Made by a program: the position numbers and the translations under genes. Positions 10,001 to 23,120 of a DNA stretch of 64,000 bases are shown one piece after another (position 1 is the stretch's first letter; each line of letters starts with the position of its first letter). Below the pieces are notes generated by a model. That model made no database searches. It saw nothing but the letters and a program-made list of their open reading frames with translations, and was not told the DNA's origin. Location of the stretch: contig NC_058382.1 of assembly GCF_018350175.1 (NCBI RefSeq), positions 61,754,001-61,818,000 on the forward strand, in the 5' to 3' direction. The DNA is from Felis catus. Its lineage: Eukaryota.

Positions 10001-12645
10001 GTTAGGTTGTGTATCTAAGACCTTTCTTCTTTAGGAAGGCCTGAATGCTATATACTTCCCTCTTATGACTACCTTTGCTGCGTAGCAGAGGTTTTGGGCT
10101 GTGGTGTTATCATTTTCATTGGCTTCCTTGTATTTTTTAATTTCCTCTTTAACTTCTTGGTTAGCCCATTCATTCCTTAGTAGGATGTTCTTTAGAGTCC
10201 AAGTATTTATTATCTTTCCAATTTTTTCTTGTGGTTGATTTTGAGTTTCATAGTGTTGTGGTCTGAAAATATGCACGGTATGATCTCAATCTTTTTATGC
10301 TTGTTGAGGGCTGATTTGTGTCCTAGTATATGATCTATTCTGTAGAATGTCCCATGTACATGGGAGAAGAATGTATAGTCTGTTGCTTAGGATGAAATGT
10401 TATGAATATATCTGTTAAGTCCATATGGTCCAGTGTGTCATTTAAAGCCATTGTTTCCTTGTTGATTTTCTGTTTAGTTGATCTTTCCATTGTTATAAGT
10501 GAGGTGTTGGAGTCCCCTACTATTATGATATTACTATAAACGAGTTTCTTTATGTTTGTGATTAATTGATTTATATATTTGAGTGTACCACATTTGGCAC
10601 ATAAATGTTTACAATTGTTAGGTCTTCTTGGTGGATAGACCCCCTTAATTATGATATAACATTCTTCTTCATCTCTTTTTACAGTCTTTATTTTAAAATC
10701 TAGATTGTCTGATATGAGTATGGGTACTCCGGCTTTCTTTTGGCGATCGTTAGTATGATAGATGGTTCTCCGTCCTCTAACTTTCAATCTGAAGGTGTGT
10801 TTAGGTCTAATGTGGGTCTCTGGTAAACTGCATATAGATGGATCTTGTTTTCTTTTCCATTTTATTACCCTATGTCTTTTGATTGGAACATTTAGTCCAT
10901 TGACGTTTAGAGTGAGTACTGAAAGATAGGAGGTTGTTGCCAAACAAACAAAAGATAGGATGTTTCTTGTAGAGTTGGAGTTTCTGGTGGTGTTTTCTGG
11001 TGCTTTCTAGTCTTTGTTGCTTTTGGTCTTTTGTTTTTTCTTTTTTTCATATTTTATCCCCTCAGAGAGTCCCCCTGAAAATTTCTTGAGGGCTCATTTA
11101 GTGGTCATGAACTCCTTTAAGTTTTGTTTGGGAAAATTTTAATCTTTTCTTCTATTTTGAATGACAGCCTTGCTGGATAAGGAATTCTTGGCTGCATATT
11201 TTTTGATTCAGCACATTGAATACATCTTGCCACTCCTTTCTGGCCTGTCAAATTTCTGTGGATAGGTCTGCTGCAAACCTAATATGTCTTCCCTTGTAGG
11301 TTAAGGACTTTTTCTTCCCTTGCTGCTTTCATGATTCTTTCCTTGCCTAAGTATTTTGTGAATTTGACTATGATATGCCTTGTTGACGGTCAGTTTTTTT
11401 TAAAAATTTTTTTTCAACGTTTATTTATTTTTGGGACAGAGAGAGACAGAGCATGAACGGGGGAGGGGCAGAGAGAGAGGGAGACACAGAATCGGAAACA
11501 GGCTCCAGGCTCTGAGCCATCAGCCCAGAGCCTAACGCGGGGCTCGAACTCACGGACCGCGAGATCGTGACCTGGCTGAAGTCGGACGCTTAACCGACTG
11601 CGCCACCCAGGCGCCCCGACGGTCAGTTTTTGTTGAATCTTATGGGAGTCCTCTGTGCTTCCTGGATTTTGATGTCTGTGTCTTTCCCCAGGTTAGGAAA
11701 GTTATCCACTATGATTTGCTCATACAACCCTTCTACCCCTTTCTCTCTCTCTTCATCTTCTGGGAACCCCCATGATTCTGATGTTCCTTTTTAATGAGTC
11801 ACTGATTCTCTAATCTGACCTCTCACTTCTGAGGGACTGTGGCTTTGACCTGCTCATATCCTCTGGAGGAGGATCTTACTGAGCAATGGCCAGGTGCCAG
11901 CTGCACCGAGGATCATGTTGCTTCTGATGCCCAGAGACTGTGGCCGGGTGCCAGCCCGCCCCAGAAAAAGTTCATGCAATCCTGTAGCAGCAGCATTTCA
12001 GGGATTATGGCATATCACAACACACATCTGGCACCAGACTTCACCCTCAATGACCCTGTTCCAGTACCAGAAGATGTGGTTGTTTGCTGGGGTCTGCTGC
12101 GACGAGGTGGCCACACAGCCTCTACCAAATGTCCTTCCAGTAGTGGAACTGCTTCTCCCTGGGTGGTCTGAGGACCTCTCAGACCCCACTCTGCTCTGGG
12201 ATTCTCCTTTCCCACCAGAGCACCGCCAGGTATTGAGATGTGGAGTTTTAGACTCTACACTCCCCCTGTTTATAGAGTGTTAATGGAATTTAAACCCTCT
12301 CCTTTCTCCCTTTTTAGTTCAGTCCCTGTAGCTGTTTCCACTTTTCCATCTTCTCTCCAGTTGCTGTTGAGGGGGTGTTTTTCCCGTATTCTCTCTGCCC
12401 CTGTCTCCATCTTCTCTCTGCAAGCCAAAACAGCTCCCAGCCCTCTGTGGCTTGTCTCTCCCCCATTCACCTCTCCACACTGTGTACCTGCTGAGTTCTG
12501 TGGTTCAGGTTGTGCAGATTGTTGTGTTAATCTTCAAATAAGTTTTCTAGGTGTGCAGGATGGTTCATTGTTGATCTGGCTGTATTTCATGGATGCAAGA
12601 TGCAAAAAAAACTTCCATGCTGTTCCGCCATCTTGGCTCCTCCCC
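7005..12645 (-). mobile_element. Near full-length feline L1, disabled (ORF2 ~10943->7168 with frameshifts, ORF1 partly deleted, 5' UTR ~11830-12645)
   Basis: ORF-track peptides give the endonuclease (LTLNVNGLN..IKR), RT ([21 protein letters not shown]) and C-terminus (CTPMFIAAL). The 5' end reads GGGGAGGAGCCAAGATGGCG (YY1-type motif) on the minus strand. Confidence 0.95.
11399..11617 (-). mobile_element. Young SINEC_Fc-type SINE inserted in L1 ORF1
   Basis: CpG-intact consensus-like sequence with a perfect TSD, GACGGTCAGTTTTT, at 11385-11398 and 11618-11631. Confidence 0.95.
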
Positions 12646-12864
12646 TACTGTGTTAGTTTTTATACTGTTCATGAAACCTCCAACTCTTCAGTCTCGCCTC
12701 TTCCATCCCTGCTTTTTCCAGCTGCTTGGTTTCATTGAAATTCCTAAGTGCTAATATTAATTGGGTGGTGGTGCCACCCTGCCATCCTTCTGCATTTCTC
12801 TGGTCCACTCACCTACATGACTGTTCCATAGCTTTCCTTCACTCCTCCAATCTCTAATACATCA

Positions 12865-13098
12865 TTAATCATCATTAAAAAATTTTAATGTTTATTCATT
12901 ATTTTTGAGGGAGAGAGAGAGAGAGAGAGAGCACAAGCAGGAGAGGGGCAGAGAGAGAGGAAGACACAGAATTTGAAGCAGGCTCCAGGCTCTGAGCTGT
13001 CAGCACAAAACCTGACACAGGGCTTGAACCCACAGACCGTGAGATCATGACCTGAGGTGAAGTCAGATGCTTAACCGACTGAGCCACCCAGGCGCCCC
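12865..13098 (-). mobile_element. SINEC
   Basis: Can-SINE body with (GA)n tract and TSD TCTAATACATCA on both sides. Confidence 0.9.
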
Positions 13099-13659
13099 TC
13101 TAATACATCAGTCTTGATCGTTCATCTCAGCTGATTTCTTTGTTCTCTATTCCACTGAAAAATGCAGAATTAGTTAGGAGATATATCTTGCTGCTCCTAG
13201 AGAGGAATTGTCCATGCTCCTGCCCGAGGCCAGCCCCTCTAGCCTTACATTAGATCCCATTAAATTCACTACATTCAATTTGTTCCCCTTCCTTAGGATG
13301 TTGGCAATCTCACCTCCTTGGCATGTCAGTTTCCCCCTCTTGACTGCATCATCCCCCAAAGCATATAAACATGTTATTGCTTTTCCCCTAAGAAAAATAT
13401 TCCTCTCCTGATCCCATTGGTCATTTTTAGATACCATTCCATGTTTCTGTTCCCCTTGGTCGAAACTGGAGATACATTCATTTTTTCCAGTTTCTCTCAT
13501 CCATGACCTCTAGAAGCTACTCAAATCAGGCTTCTTTTTTTCAAGGTCACCAAAGACCTCCATATTGCTAAGTCCCTTGGGCAATACTAGACTTCTTTCT
13601 TTATTCTTAGTCTTCATCTTACTTGACCTATCAATAATATTAGATCCATGCAAATGTTC

Positions 13660-14029
13660 ACTATTAGGGACTGAATGTTTATGTCCTACCCTAAATTTAT
13701 ATGTTAAACTCTACTCCCCAATATGATGGTATTTGAAGGTGGGACATTTGGGAAGTAATTAGGATTAGATGGGGTCATGATGATGTCCTTAGGGATGGGA
13801 TTAGTGCCCTTGTAATGAGTCATGAGAGAGCCTGCCTCCTTTCTCTGCTTCTGCCACATGAGGATAAAAGAAAAATCTACATCCCAGAAGAGAGGTCTCA
13901 CCAGAACCTGACAATGATGCTCCTTGATCTTGGACTTCTAGACTCCAGAACTTTGAGAAATAAATTTGTACTGTTTTTAAGCCACCCATGTGTGGTATTC
14001 TATTATATTAATCATAACTGACTAAGACA
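13660..14029 (+). mobile_element. MaLR LTR (MLT1A-like)
   Basis: Runs from GGACTGAATGTTTATGTCC through CTCCAGAACTTTGAGAAATAAATTTG to GACTAAGACA. Confidence 0.85.
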
Positions 14030-14635
14030 CTCTCCTTGATACAGCTTCATCACTTAGCTTGCAGTATACCATATCGATCAAGTCTCTTCTTCCTCAGTGT
14101 TCTCTTTGCTGGTTCCTGTTGTCACCCCAAACCCTAAATATTGGAGGCTACATGTCTCCATCCTTACATCCCCTTTTTTCACTCTCCTAAATACCTTTTC
14201 CCCTGATGATCCTCAAATTTAAATCACCAGCTCAGACCTCCCCGTGAACTCCTGTCTCCTATTTCTCTACTTGATGTCCTTGCTTGTATGTCTGACAAAC
14301 ATCTCAAACACATTACATTCAAAACCAAAATCGTGATCCTCTTACAACCTTCTCATTCCACAGTTCTCTTCCCATAGTAAATATAAATTCTATTTTTCCA
14401 GGTGTTGGGTTTTAATATCTTGGAGTTTTTTTTTGACTCCCCACTTTGTTTTATACCCTACCTTCATATCCATTCTGTCATCAGGTACTGTTGGCCTTAC
14501 CTTTAAAATATATCTAAATCAGACTCCTTTTCATCCTCTCTGAAATTACCACCCTGGTCCAAGCTACCATCATTCTTCATCTAGAACATTATAGCCACCT
14601 TCTCATTGGTATCCTGCTTTCTCCCTCTTTGATCC

Positions 14636-14718
14636 ATAATAATAATAATAATAATTATTATTATAATAATATTATTATATTATAATAATATAATAATAAT
14701 AATAATTATTATTATTTT
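14636..14718. repeat. (AAT)n/(ATT)n pure-AT microsatellite
   Basis: Alternating AAT and ATT runs, seen directly. Confidence 0.9.
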
Positions 14719-15474
14719 AACACAGAAGCCAAAATGGTCCTTTAAAAACTGAAGTATGACTATGTGACTCTTCCACTCACAATTCTACATTGTCTTTCAG
14801 CTCTCTCGGAGTAAAACCCAAAGTCATTACCCTGTGGCTTACGAGATCTTATATTATCTGCCCCCATGCTTGCTAGTCTTTGACCTTATCTTCTCCCAGT
14901 CTCTCCTTCCCTTACTCTGCTCCACCTATATTGACCTCTTTGCTGTTTTTCAAACAGCACCAAATTTTTATCTCAGAAACTTTGCAAGAAACTTGGAAAG
15001 TATTTCCTCAACTATACACATGGATTGCAGCCTTCCCTCTTTCTGGCCCTGGAGCAAATGCTATCTTGTCAATAAAGCTTTCCTAACCACCCTAACTAAA
15101 TCACACCTTCTTTCCCAACTTTGAAATCTCATGCCCATTTATTTTCTTCTATAATACTCATCCTGAGGTCATACATTATATCATTTTGCTTATGTTTTTG
15201 GTAAATTATCTGTTCTCCAATTCCCCCATTGAGTATTAGCTCCAAGAGAACAGAGACTGTGGTCTGTTTTGTGAATGCCTGTATCCCTATTGCATTGAAC
15301 AGGACTTCAATAAATATATGTTTGAAGATTGAATACCTTCATATCTTTATATTAACTCTTTCCTCTGAGCTGTCCTGAACGCTGTTTGTTTTGCAATTTT
15401 TAAATCTTTTTGTAATACAGCATCCTGTCAGAGATCCTCTCTTATGAAAACAGCTCCTAGTTGCTTTTACTAAA

Positions 15475-15700
15475 ATAATAATAATCACTAGCAGTTATAT
15501 TATGCTGACTCTGATCTAAATGCTTTATCTATTTTATAGGTACCATAACAACCCCATGAAGTAAGAGCTATTGTAACATCTATTTTACAGATGAGTTGAC
15601 ACAGGACATTTAAATTCACACAGGTAGTAAGTGGTGGAGCTAGGATATTTTAAACTCAAGGAATATGGCTGTAAAGGCTGTGCTTTCAACCATTTTGTTA
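15475..15700 (-). mobile_element. MIR
   Basis: ATTTTACAGATGAG and CACACAGGTAGTAAGTGGTGGAGCTAGGAT core motifs. Confidence 0.75.
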
Positions 15701-18657
15701 TGCTGCTTAGAGATAGAGGTTGTGTTAAGGAGGTCTGCAGAAAAGGTGAATAGAGACTTCCATTTGACTTATGGAAGCCAGTTCCTCTTAGTGATGACGT
15801 CCAAGTATTCTCAAAAAGGATGGATAAATTTGCATAAAGGAGTCTGTGGATATTTCAGGAAGAAAGGTTGAGTTATGATTTCATTTCTGGTGCACAGCAG
15901 TGTCAGGGAAGTTGAAAACTCTTATCTTCATGGTGAGACATGGGATCACAAATAGTTCTGAGTTGTGGCAAGAAGCAAAGAGAGTGCTCTGTTTCTATGA
16001 TGCGGCAAACCCTGGAACTAGTCCTAACCCAGCCAGCTAGCTCTCCTGTAAGCAAGTGGGCTGGTGAACTGAAAAACGGACTCAGGGAAGCCTTGAAAAC
16101 TGGGCCCATTAGGGCAAGACATCATCTCAACCGAACCCTATAGCTGTTCTCATAGGGCCTTTGGGAAAAGTTTTCTCTGTAGGAACACAGCCACCTACAG
16201 TCTTCTGTTCAGTTCTTGCAATTATTCCTAAAAAATTTCCTCTCACAGCCTGAACTCCATAATCATTAACCCTTGAGGTGACAGGCAGTCTCTAAAAACC
16301 TGACTTGACCTCACCACTCTGGGGCTGCCTTCTGCCTTACGAATATGCATAGGCGAGGGAATGACAGAGCATTGATCCTCAGAGTCCTGGCCTCTTCTGT
16401 GAGCATAATGCTTGGGAGTGCGTTCTTCCATCCTCAGAATCTTTACGGCTGTGAATAGATGTTGCCTTACTCCTTGAGATCACTTCTGAACCCTCCAGTA
16501 CCATGTTTCCAACACAGCCTGCTGATGCCAGGTTTTAAATCTCCAGTTATCAAACTGGGTTAGGGCAAAACTGAAACCACTGCTGTTTTGATGTATGAAA
16601 GAGAAGAGAATCTGAGAGATTCCGAATGAGTGAACTTTCTGTTACAGTACCTGAGAGTTGGTAACTCCAAGCATAGCAGAGATAGTGTCCCATTAATTGT
16701 GCTCAAAGAAAGATGACCAAGTGTACTTCCAAATCCATCACAAATGTTATCTTATTGACTTCCTTCAGGCAAATGTTAAACCACTGTTTCAACATTTCCT
16801 TGTCTTGATCATAATTTGTATGCTGTTAGTCATTAGTTGATATCTCTGTCTGTCCCCACTAGTCAGTAAATCCCTCAAGGGTAGGAACCATCTCTGGTTG
16901 ATCTACTTACCCTTAGACTTAGTTGTGCCTGACATGGTAAGACTCTTACTATACGCTTGATAATTGACTGGACAAATGAATGAGTCATGGGTGGACAAAG
17001 AATTTCTCTTTTCAGATTATGTTATTGCTACTGGGTATACATTTTGTTTTAACAAACACTTTATCAAGAGATGGTGTCATATTGAAGGAAGGATTTGTGG
17101 CAGATATTTTGGGACAGTTGTTCTTTATAAACATTATGCTTCAAAAGATGTTTCCTTTATACAAATCTGGTATCTAATATGCACATGTTAAACCAAGGGA
17201 ACTGAATTTATGGAAGAGTAGAACGAGCCGATCTGGTTATAGTCCCATTTTTGCCACTGACCTTGAACAAGGAGGTTGACCTCTAAAGTCCCTTCTGGCT
17301 CTTTTGTTCTATAGCTTTGTGAATATATATGTGGAAGTAATCTATGCATTTGTTTCCTAGTAAAATTAGTGAAAAGGTAGGTAAAAACACCCAGCCCCCC
17401 TCAAAGCAGAGATTACTTCTCTGATAAGAAAAGAATGTAAGGAATTCTCTCTGTTAGGCTCCATTGGGTATGGATTATTTTGCAGTTGTGGCACTCATCT
17501 CAGAAAAAGCTATTGTTTTAACATTTGACTCATGATAGATATAAATGGAAACCCATATACTTCCTGTTGTTCAAATGGATGTAATTCTAACACCTTCAGA
17601 AAACCTTATAGATTGTTGGAAAAGTTCCATGAGACCAGCAATGAAATTGTAACATAATCTATTGTCTGATTTGGAGGGCTTTATAGCTCCATTGCTAAGA
17701 GAATAAAATAATATCTTGGTGAACTGACATCTATGAGGATCACTGTTTGTTAATTAACCTCTACATTGTTATAAGTTTGCTGAAAATATCATAATAGTAT
17801 TGCTTTGATTGATAAGAAAAATTCTACCACTTAGGTCCAATAGGTACTGCATATAATTTGCTACCACAAAATCTTATATTGATTCACTTACTGATATTAA
17901 TGACCACATAATGACATATATGTATATTTTCTGCAGCTCTGCTGTTAGGTTTGAACAGATTCAAGCCCATAGACCTGTGCCCTGAAGCAAATTGGATGCT
18001 GCTAGTGCATAGGGAAGAGGACAGGTGTGATGTAATCAGAAGGGGTTAGAGTCTTAATCGGATAAACCAGGGAATGTTTGGGTTATCTCTCACTTGGAAG
18101 TAATTTTCAAAGCAAAAATGTGCCTTGCAATAATAAGATTTGAGGACAGAAAGTCGTGTATAATTGGGCCATTAGGTTTGCATCAGACAAGAAAATCTCC
18201 AGTTCTAAGAACTGTCAGGAAAGAGGGGAAAACAACCCCAGCCCCCAGGAGTAGAACTGGGACTCGGACAATAAACCGGAGGTAGAGAAGCCATGCTCAA
18301 ACGTCGGGAAACATCTGGGAACCTTGCAACAGTTGCACCTGCTCAGAGACTCAGATCCAATAGAGCTCGTTTGGCATGGGCTTTAGGAATCTGCGTTTTT
18401 GACAAGCACCCTACCAAATAGAAAATTCCTGACAAGTGAGGAGTTATTCCCATGTAAAAGATATCAGTCATTTGTGTAAAAAGTTATTTTTCCTGAGAGA
18501 ATAAACAGATTTTATTTTTTTATTGTGTTCATTGCCTCAGACTTTAAGAGCATTACGTATGTAGGCATAGTGACCTCAGGATATGTTACAACCTCTTGTC
18601 TCCGTCTTGGTTTTTAAAAAAGTTATACCTTGTTGTCAGCTCAAATAGAATTTTTAA

Positions 18658-18862
18658 TTGTTTTTTAATGTTTATTTATTTTTGAGAGACAGAGCACAAG
18701 CAGGGAAGGGGAAGAGAGAGAGAGGGAGACACAGAATCCGAAGCAGGCTCCAGGCTCCGAGCTGTCAGCACAGAGCCTGACGCAGGGCTTGGTCCATGAA
18801 CCGCTAGATCACGACTTGAGCCGAAGTCTGATGCCTAACTGACTGAGCCACCCAGGCGCCCC
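18658..18862 (-). mobile_element. SINEC
   Basis: 17-bp TSD TCAAATAGAATTTTTAA at 18641-18657 and 18863-18879. Confidence 0.92.
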
Positions 18863-19244
18863 TCAAATAGAATTTTTAAGGCATGCTTGAGAAGTTTGAG
18901 CCAAATTTCTCACATCAATTTTTTTTCCAGTTTGAATTTTTATTGGAGAAGCAAAGTTTATTTATTCATTTCCCATTTGTAACCTATTTTTTCCCCTTTT
19001 ATAATCTAATTATGTCAAGCTGTGTTTTAGTCACAAAAGGTGCAAAGATGAATAAAATAGTCCTCAAAGAGCTTATAATCTCTTAGTGGGTGATAGGCAT
19101 ATAGGCAACTAAGTGTAATAAAATGTGATTAGTGTTATTATTAGAACATATTCCATAGTATGGTTGGAACAGAAGAACTGAGTCAACTCTCACTGAATGG
19201 AAAAAGTGTCCCAGAAAGGCTGTATAAGCAAGTAGATGCTTGAC

Positions 19245-19491
19245 TTGATTTTTTTCTTGCTTTACTGAGCTATAATTGAAAAATAACATTATGTAAGTTC
19301 AAGATGTACAATGTGATGATTTGGTACACATATATATTGTGAAATAATTACCATAGTAAGTTTGGTCAACACATCCAACACCTCACATTGTTACCTGTTT
19401 GTGTATGTGGGGTGTGGGGTGGTAAAAATACTTAACTCTATTGGCAACTTTTAAGTACACAGTATCGTTGACCATTGTCACCATGCTGCAC
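19245..19491 (-). mobile_element. Old L1 (L1MA-like) 3' end fragment
   Basis: TTTACTGAGCTATAATTGA..GTACAATGTGATGATTTG..TTGTCACCATGCTG. Confidence 0.75.
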
Positions 19492-20320
19492 TGTGGGGGA
19501 TAAGCTCAGGAATCCCCCGGGCTTACGCCAGTGGGTTAACAAGGCACAAAGAAATACAAAGTCAATAAAATGCTCACACCTGAGTTTCGGTAAACCAGGT
19601 TGGCACTCCAAGAATAGGGGTTTGTGCAAGGACACCCCGAGAATAGGGAGGCACAATGGTGCCGGGAATAAGGAGGTGCAGAGGCACCCCACAATAGGGA
19701 AGGGGTGCTGATCCCCCAAAAATATATAGAGAGAGGCAAAGGCCTGAAATAGAAATGGCGCAAAGGTGCCCAATACACAGGAATAACAAGATGAGTGAAA
19801 CACCCCAAATTTAGTACTATAGCAGAAAGCTGCTTTCATAGGAGAATAGGCCAGGCTAGGTAAATTGGTGAACTGGACTTTGGACCACTGCGCTGCAGGC
19901 AAAGCAGCCAGATCAGAGATGGTTAACAAAAGAAAAGGTGGCTTATTAACCCCGAGGTTATTCCCCCTATCTGTCTCATCCCCTAGGCTGGCAAAGATAA
20001 ACAGGCATGGCGCCCCCTGTCTGCTGTTAACAACCATCTGCCCAGCACCTGGATTTTGTTTTATATTGACCCAAACCCCAAACACTGTATATCTTCAAAA
20101 TCCCCCTTTCCCCCTCACATCCACAAGTTAATGTTCCTTGTTTCTTTGTCTCTTTGTACACTCCCATCACGTTTGCAAGCCTTCTGATCTGAATAAATAC
20201 GGGTCAAGGACCCTTATTCGGGGCTCTTGTCTTTTTCCTGGACATTAGCCATCTCTCGTTTGAATCCTGCGTCCGCTCTTTTGCTGGCCAAAAGAGAACT
20301 TTAGACTTAGAGTCTACGGC
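19492..20320 (+). mobile_element. Solo ERV LTR (~830 bp)
   Basis: TG start, U3 with repeated CCCC..AATAGGG motifs, AATAAA at ~20192 and a CpG-retaining U5. Confidence 0.75.
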
Positions 20321-20321
20321 G

Positions 20322-20837
20322 CACCCCTATGTTTACTGCAGCGCTATTTACAATAGCCAAATTGTGGCAGCAGCCCAAGTGTCCATCCATAGATAAATGA
20401 AGAAGAGGTGGTATATACATTCACACACACACACACACGCACACACACACACACGCACACACTAGAATATTAGCCATAAAAAGGAATGAACTCTTGCCAT
20501 GTGCAACAACATGGATTGATATAGAGGATATAATGCTAAGTGAAAGATAAATACCATATGATTTCACTCATGTGTGGAATTTAAGAAACAGAACAAATGA
20601 TCAAAGGGGGAAAAAAGAGATGAACCAAGAAACAGATTCCTAACTTTAGAGAACAAAGTGATGGTTACCAGAGGGGAAGTGGGTGGGGGGATGGGAGAAA
20701 TCGGTGATGGGGATTAAAGAGTCCACTTACCATGATGAGCCCTGAGTAATGTACAGCATTGTTGAATCCTGATATGTGCACCCGAATTGAACATAACACT
20801 GTATATTAACTAGACTAGAATTGCAACACTTAAAAAA
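20322..20837 (+). mobile_element. Carnivore L1 3' end with embedded (CA)n at ~20423-20462
   Basis: CCCTATGTTTACTGCAGC..AATAGCCAA..CCCAAGTGTCCATC, continuing to an A-rich tail. Confidence 0.88.
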
Positions 20838-20966
20838 TACTTTATTTTGCTGAACCACACCTTTATTATAATACATTGGATTATGATTTTGACTTTTTTT
20901 TCACGAACTATACTTTTATAAAAAAATGTTTCTACATCAATTTAATTTTCTTTATCCCTCTTCTAG

Positions 20967-20986
20967 GTAGAGTCGAGTATATGAAG
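20967..20986 (+). pseudogene. MIA3-like micro-exon (~exon 8)
   Basis: Polypyrimidine-AG | GTAGAGTCGAGTATATGAAG | GTAAGA. Reads V-(K)-SRVYE vs VKDRVYQ; 20 nt against an expected 22 nt. Confidence 0.7.
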
Positions 20987-21024
20987 GTAAGATTTCAGGC
21001 TTCTATTTTCCTTGTAATCTATTG

Positions 21025-21155
21025 TTTTTTTAAATCTCTTTTTAAAAGATTCGAAAGCCTGACGCGGGGCTCGATCTGACAAACCATGAGATCATGAGAT
21101 CATGACCATCCAGTCAAGAGTTGGATGTTCAACCGACCGAGCCACCCAGGTGCCC
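21025..21155 (-). mobile_element. Partial SINEC
   Basis: GAGATCATGACC..GAGCCACCCAGGTGCCC. Confidence 0.8.
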
Positions 21156-22159
21156 TTTAATATTTTCTTAATACAGCTGTTCACTGTGGTTTCTCATTCA
21201 GCTAGAAGTAAAGACATTACTTATCAGGTCTAGTTAGCCCCTCAACTCTTTACAGTGACTTTTCCTTGTTTGCATCCTATGTGGCAACACAGATTGAGTT
21301 GCCACCAACTGAGAGAGGTGACCAAGTAGAGGAAAAAATCAGACAATTAGAAGTGGATGAGTTTAACTCTGGTCAGAAATGTTTAAGAATCCAGTGGCAG
21401 GAGTATTTTGGTGTGACCTGACTACTGGGGGGAAATGTACAGATTAAGGCACTGTCTGAGCCTGTCAAGAAGCTCAAGGCTTAGAGAAGAGGTCAGATAT
21501 TGCCAGGCCAAGAGTGTGTCACTAGATAGGTTTAAAACATGTGTTAGGAGTCCTGGGTGGAGAGAGCCTCTAATGCCAGTGGAGACTGAGTTGAAGTGAA
21601 CAAGATGCAAAATGGGGCTAATGGATTGTGTATGGGCTTCACGGACTGTGCTGATTAAGTGACTTGGCACATAGTGGGTCCTCAAATGCTGGTGTTGCTA
21701 TGGGGGAATACAGCACTGCTGGTATAGAGAAAGGTGACCTCAGGGCAGCAGAGCTCTCACATTGTAAATAGAAGGTAAGCTTGCAGCTCGGGACCGAGCA
21801 ATAGAATTCAATGCCTGTCAGAAGATTCTGGAGTACTGGGCCCTGTTCTAGGTGCTGTCCATGTGCTAGCCACGTGTGAGTTGAGTGTTTCCTGCATGGT
21901 GTTTACCAGTGATGCAGGTGGTAACATTTGTATCTTGGGCTTTTGCCATCTTGTGATTTGGGAGTTATCCAGGGTTCTGGTTACTAAGGGGTAAAGCTGA
22001 GATTTTACCCAAGTGTGTTTGATTCCAAGGCCATATCCACCTGAGTGAGCATCCCGCCCTGGTTCTCATGGACGGGACCTTGTGGAGCAGCAGAAAGACA
22101 TTGGAGGCCTCTGAGTGCCAAACAAGTGACATTTAGAATAATTTCTCTCTCAGTAGTTG

Positions 22160-22363
22160 TTTAAATGTTTATTTACTTATTTTGAGAGAGAGAGTGTGTG
22201 TATGAATGGTGGAGCGGCAGAGAGAGAGAGGGAGAGAGAGAATCCCAAGCAGCCTCCACGCTTTCAGTACAGAGCCTCACATGGGGCTCAATCTCACCAA
22301 CCGTGAGATCATGACCTGAGCCAAAATCAACTGATGAGGCGCCTAGGCACTCGCCTCTGATTG

Positions 22364-22402
<39 letters not shown>

Positions 22403-22598
22403 TTTGAAGGATTTGTTTATTCTTGGGAGAGAGTGAGAGTGCAAGTGAGGAGGGGGCAGAGGGAGAGGGGGACAGAATATCTGAAACAGGCTCTGTGTTG
22501 ACAGCAGCGAGCCTGATATGGGGCTTGAACTCGTGAGCGGTAAGATGATGACCTGTGCTAAAGTTGGATCTCAACTGACTGAGCCACCCAGGAGTCCC
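22160..22598 (-). mobile_element. Two tandem SINECs with a (TTTA)n tail
   Basis: Can-SINE bodies at ~22160-22350 and ~22365-22598. Confidence 0.85.
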
Positions 22599-22838
22599 TT
22601 TCTTTATTTTTAAAGTGTGAGTGAAAGTGGGGGAAAACCTGGATGAAATTAGGTAGGTTATTTTTTCTTTTTGACTTTTGTTTTTAAAGTAATTGCACTG
22701 ACTTGTTTATTTGATCATGAAGGACAGAATATAAGTATGTAGGATACTTGATTTTTCTCCATTTCTCCTCTGGTGATGTCAGAGCAGTTTGAGCTGTTCA
22801 TATATTCTAAGAAGGATGTTGCTTAATGATGGGATATT

Positions 22839-23029
22839 AGGGGATCCCTGGGTGGCTCAGTCGGTTGTGTATCTGACTTTTGATTTTGGCTCAGGAAATG
22901 ATCGCAGGGTCATGGGATCGAGTCCTGCCTCGGACTCTGCACTGAGCCTGGAATATGCTTAAGATTCTCTCTCTCTCCCTACCCTTCACCCACTCTGTTT
23001 TCTCTCTCTCTCTAAAAAAAAAAGAAAGA

Positions 23030-23075
<46 letters not shown>

Positions 23076-23120
23076 AGAGAGAGAGGAGGAAGGAGAGACC
23101 GAGACAAAGAAAAATAAAAT
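22839..23120 (+). mobile_element. SINEC with a (GA)n tail
   Basis: GGGGATCCCTGGGTGGCTCAGTCGGTT head. Confidence 0.85.

Larger units (their letters stand above)
13200..15335 (+). mobile_element. L2 fragments (interrupted by an MLT1 LTR)
   Basis: GTCACCAAAGACCTCCATATTGCTAA and CCCTGGTCCAAGCTACCATCAT motifs; 3' tail TCAATAAATAT..GAAT near 15310. Confidence 0.75.

Noticed and set aside
7005..12645. Active L1
   Set aside because: ORF2 is broken into many frames, ORF1 is partly deleted and SINE-interrupted, and the 3' end is missing.
15700..18300. Repeat-poor stretch with several AG/GT-bounded segments (e.g. ~17937-18024)
   Set aside because: No recognisable protein similarity or consistent exon chain on either strand by eye.
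19438..20085. 215-aa minus-strand ORF
   Set aside because: Lies within an LTR and shows no similarity to gag, pol or env that I recognise.
21895..21990. Possible MIA3 transmembrane exon (..VTFVSWAFAIL*)
   Set aside because: Weak similarity, no clear splice sites, and it lies downstream of the exon-8-like micro-exon, which is the wrong order.
22717..22740. ATGAAGGACAGAATATAA|GTATGT as the VKDRVYQ micro-exon
   Set aside because: No AG acceptor. 20967-20986 has proper splice signals and is the better candidate.
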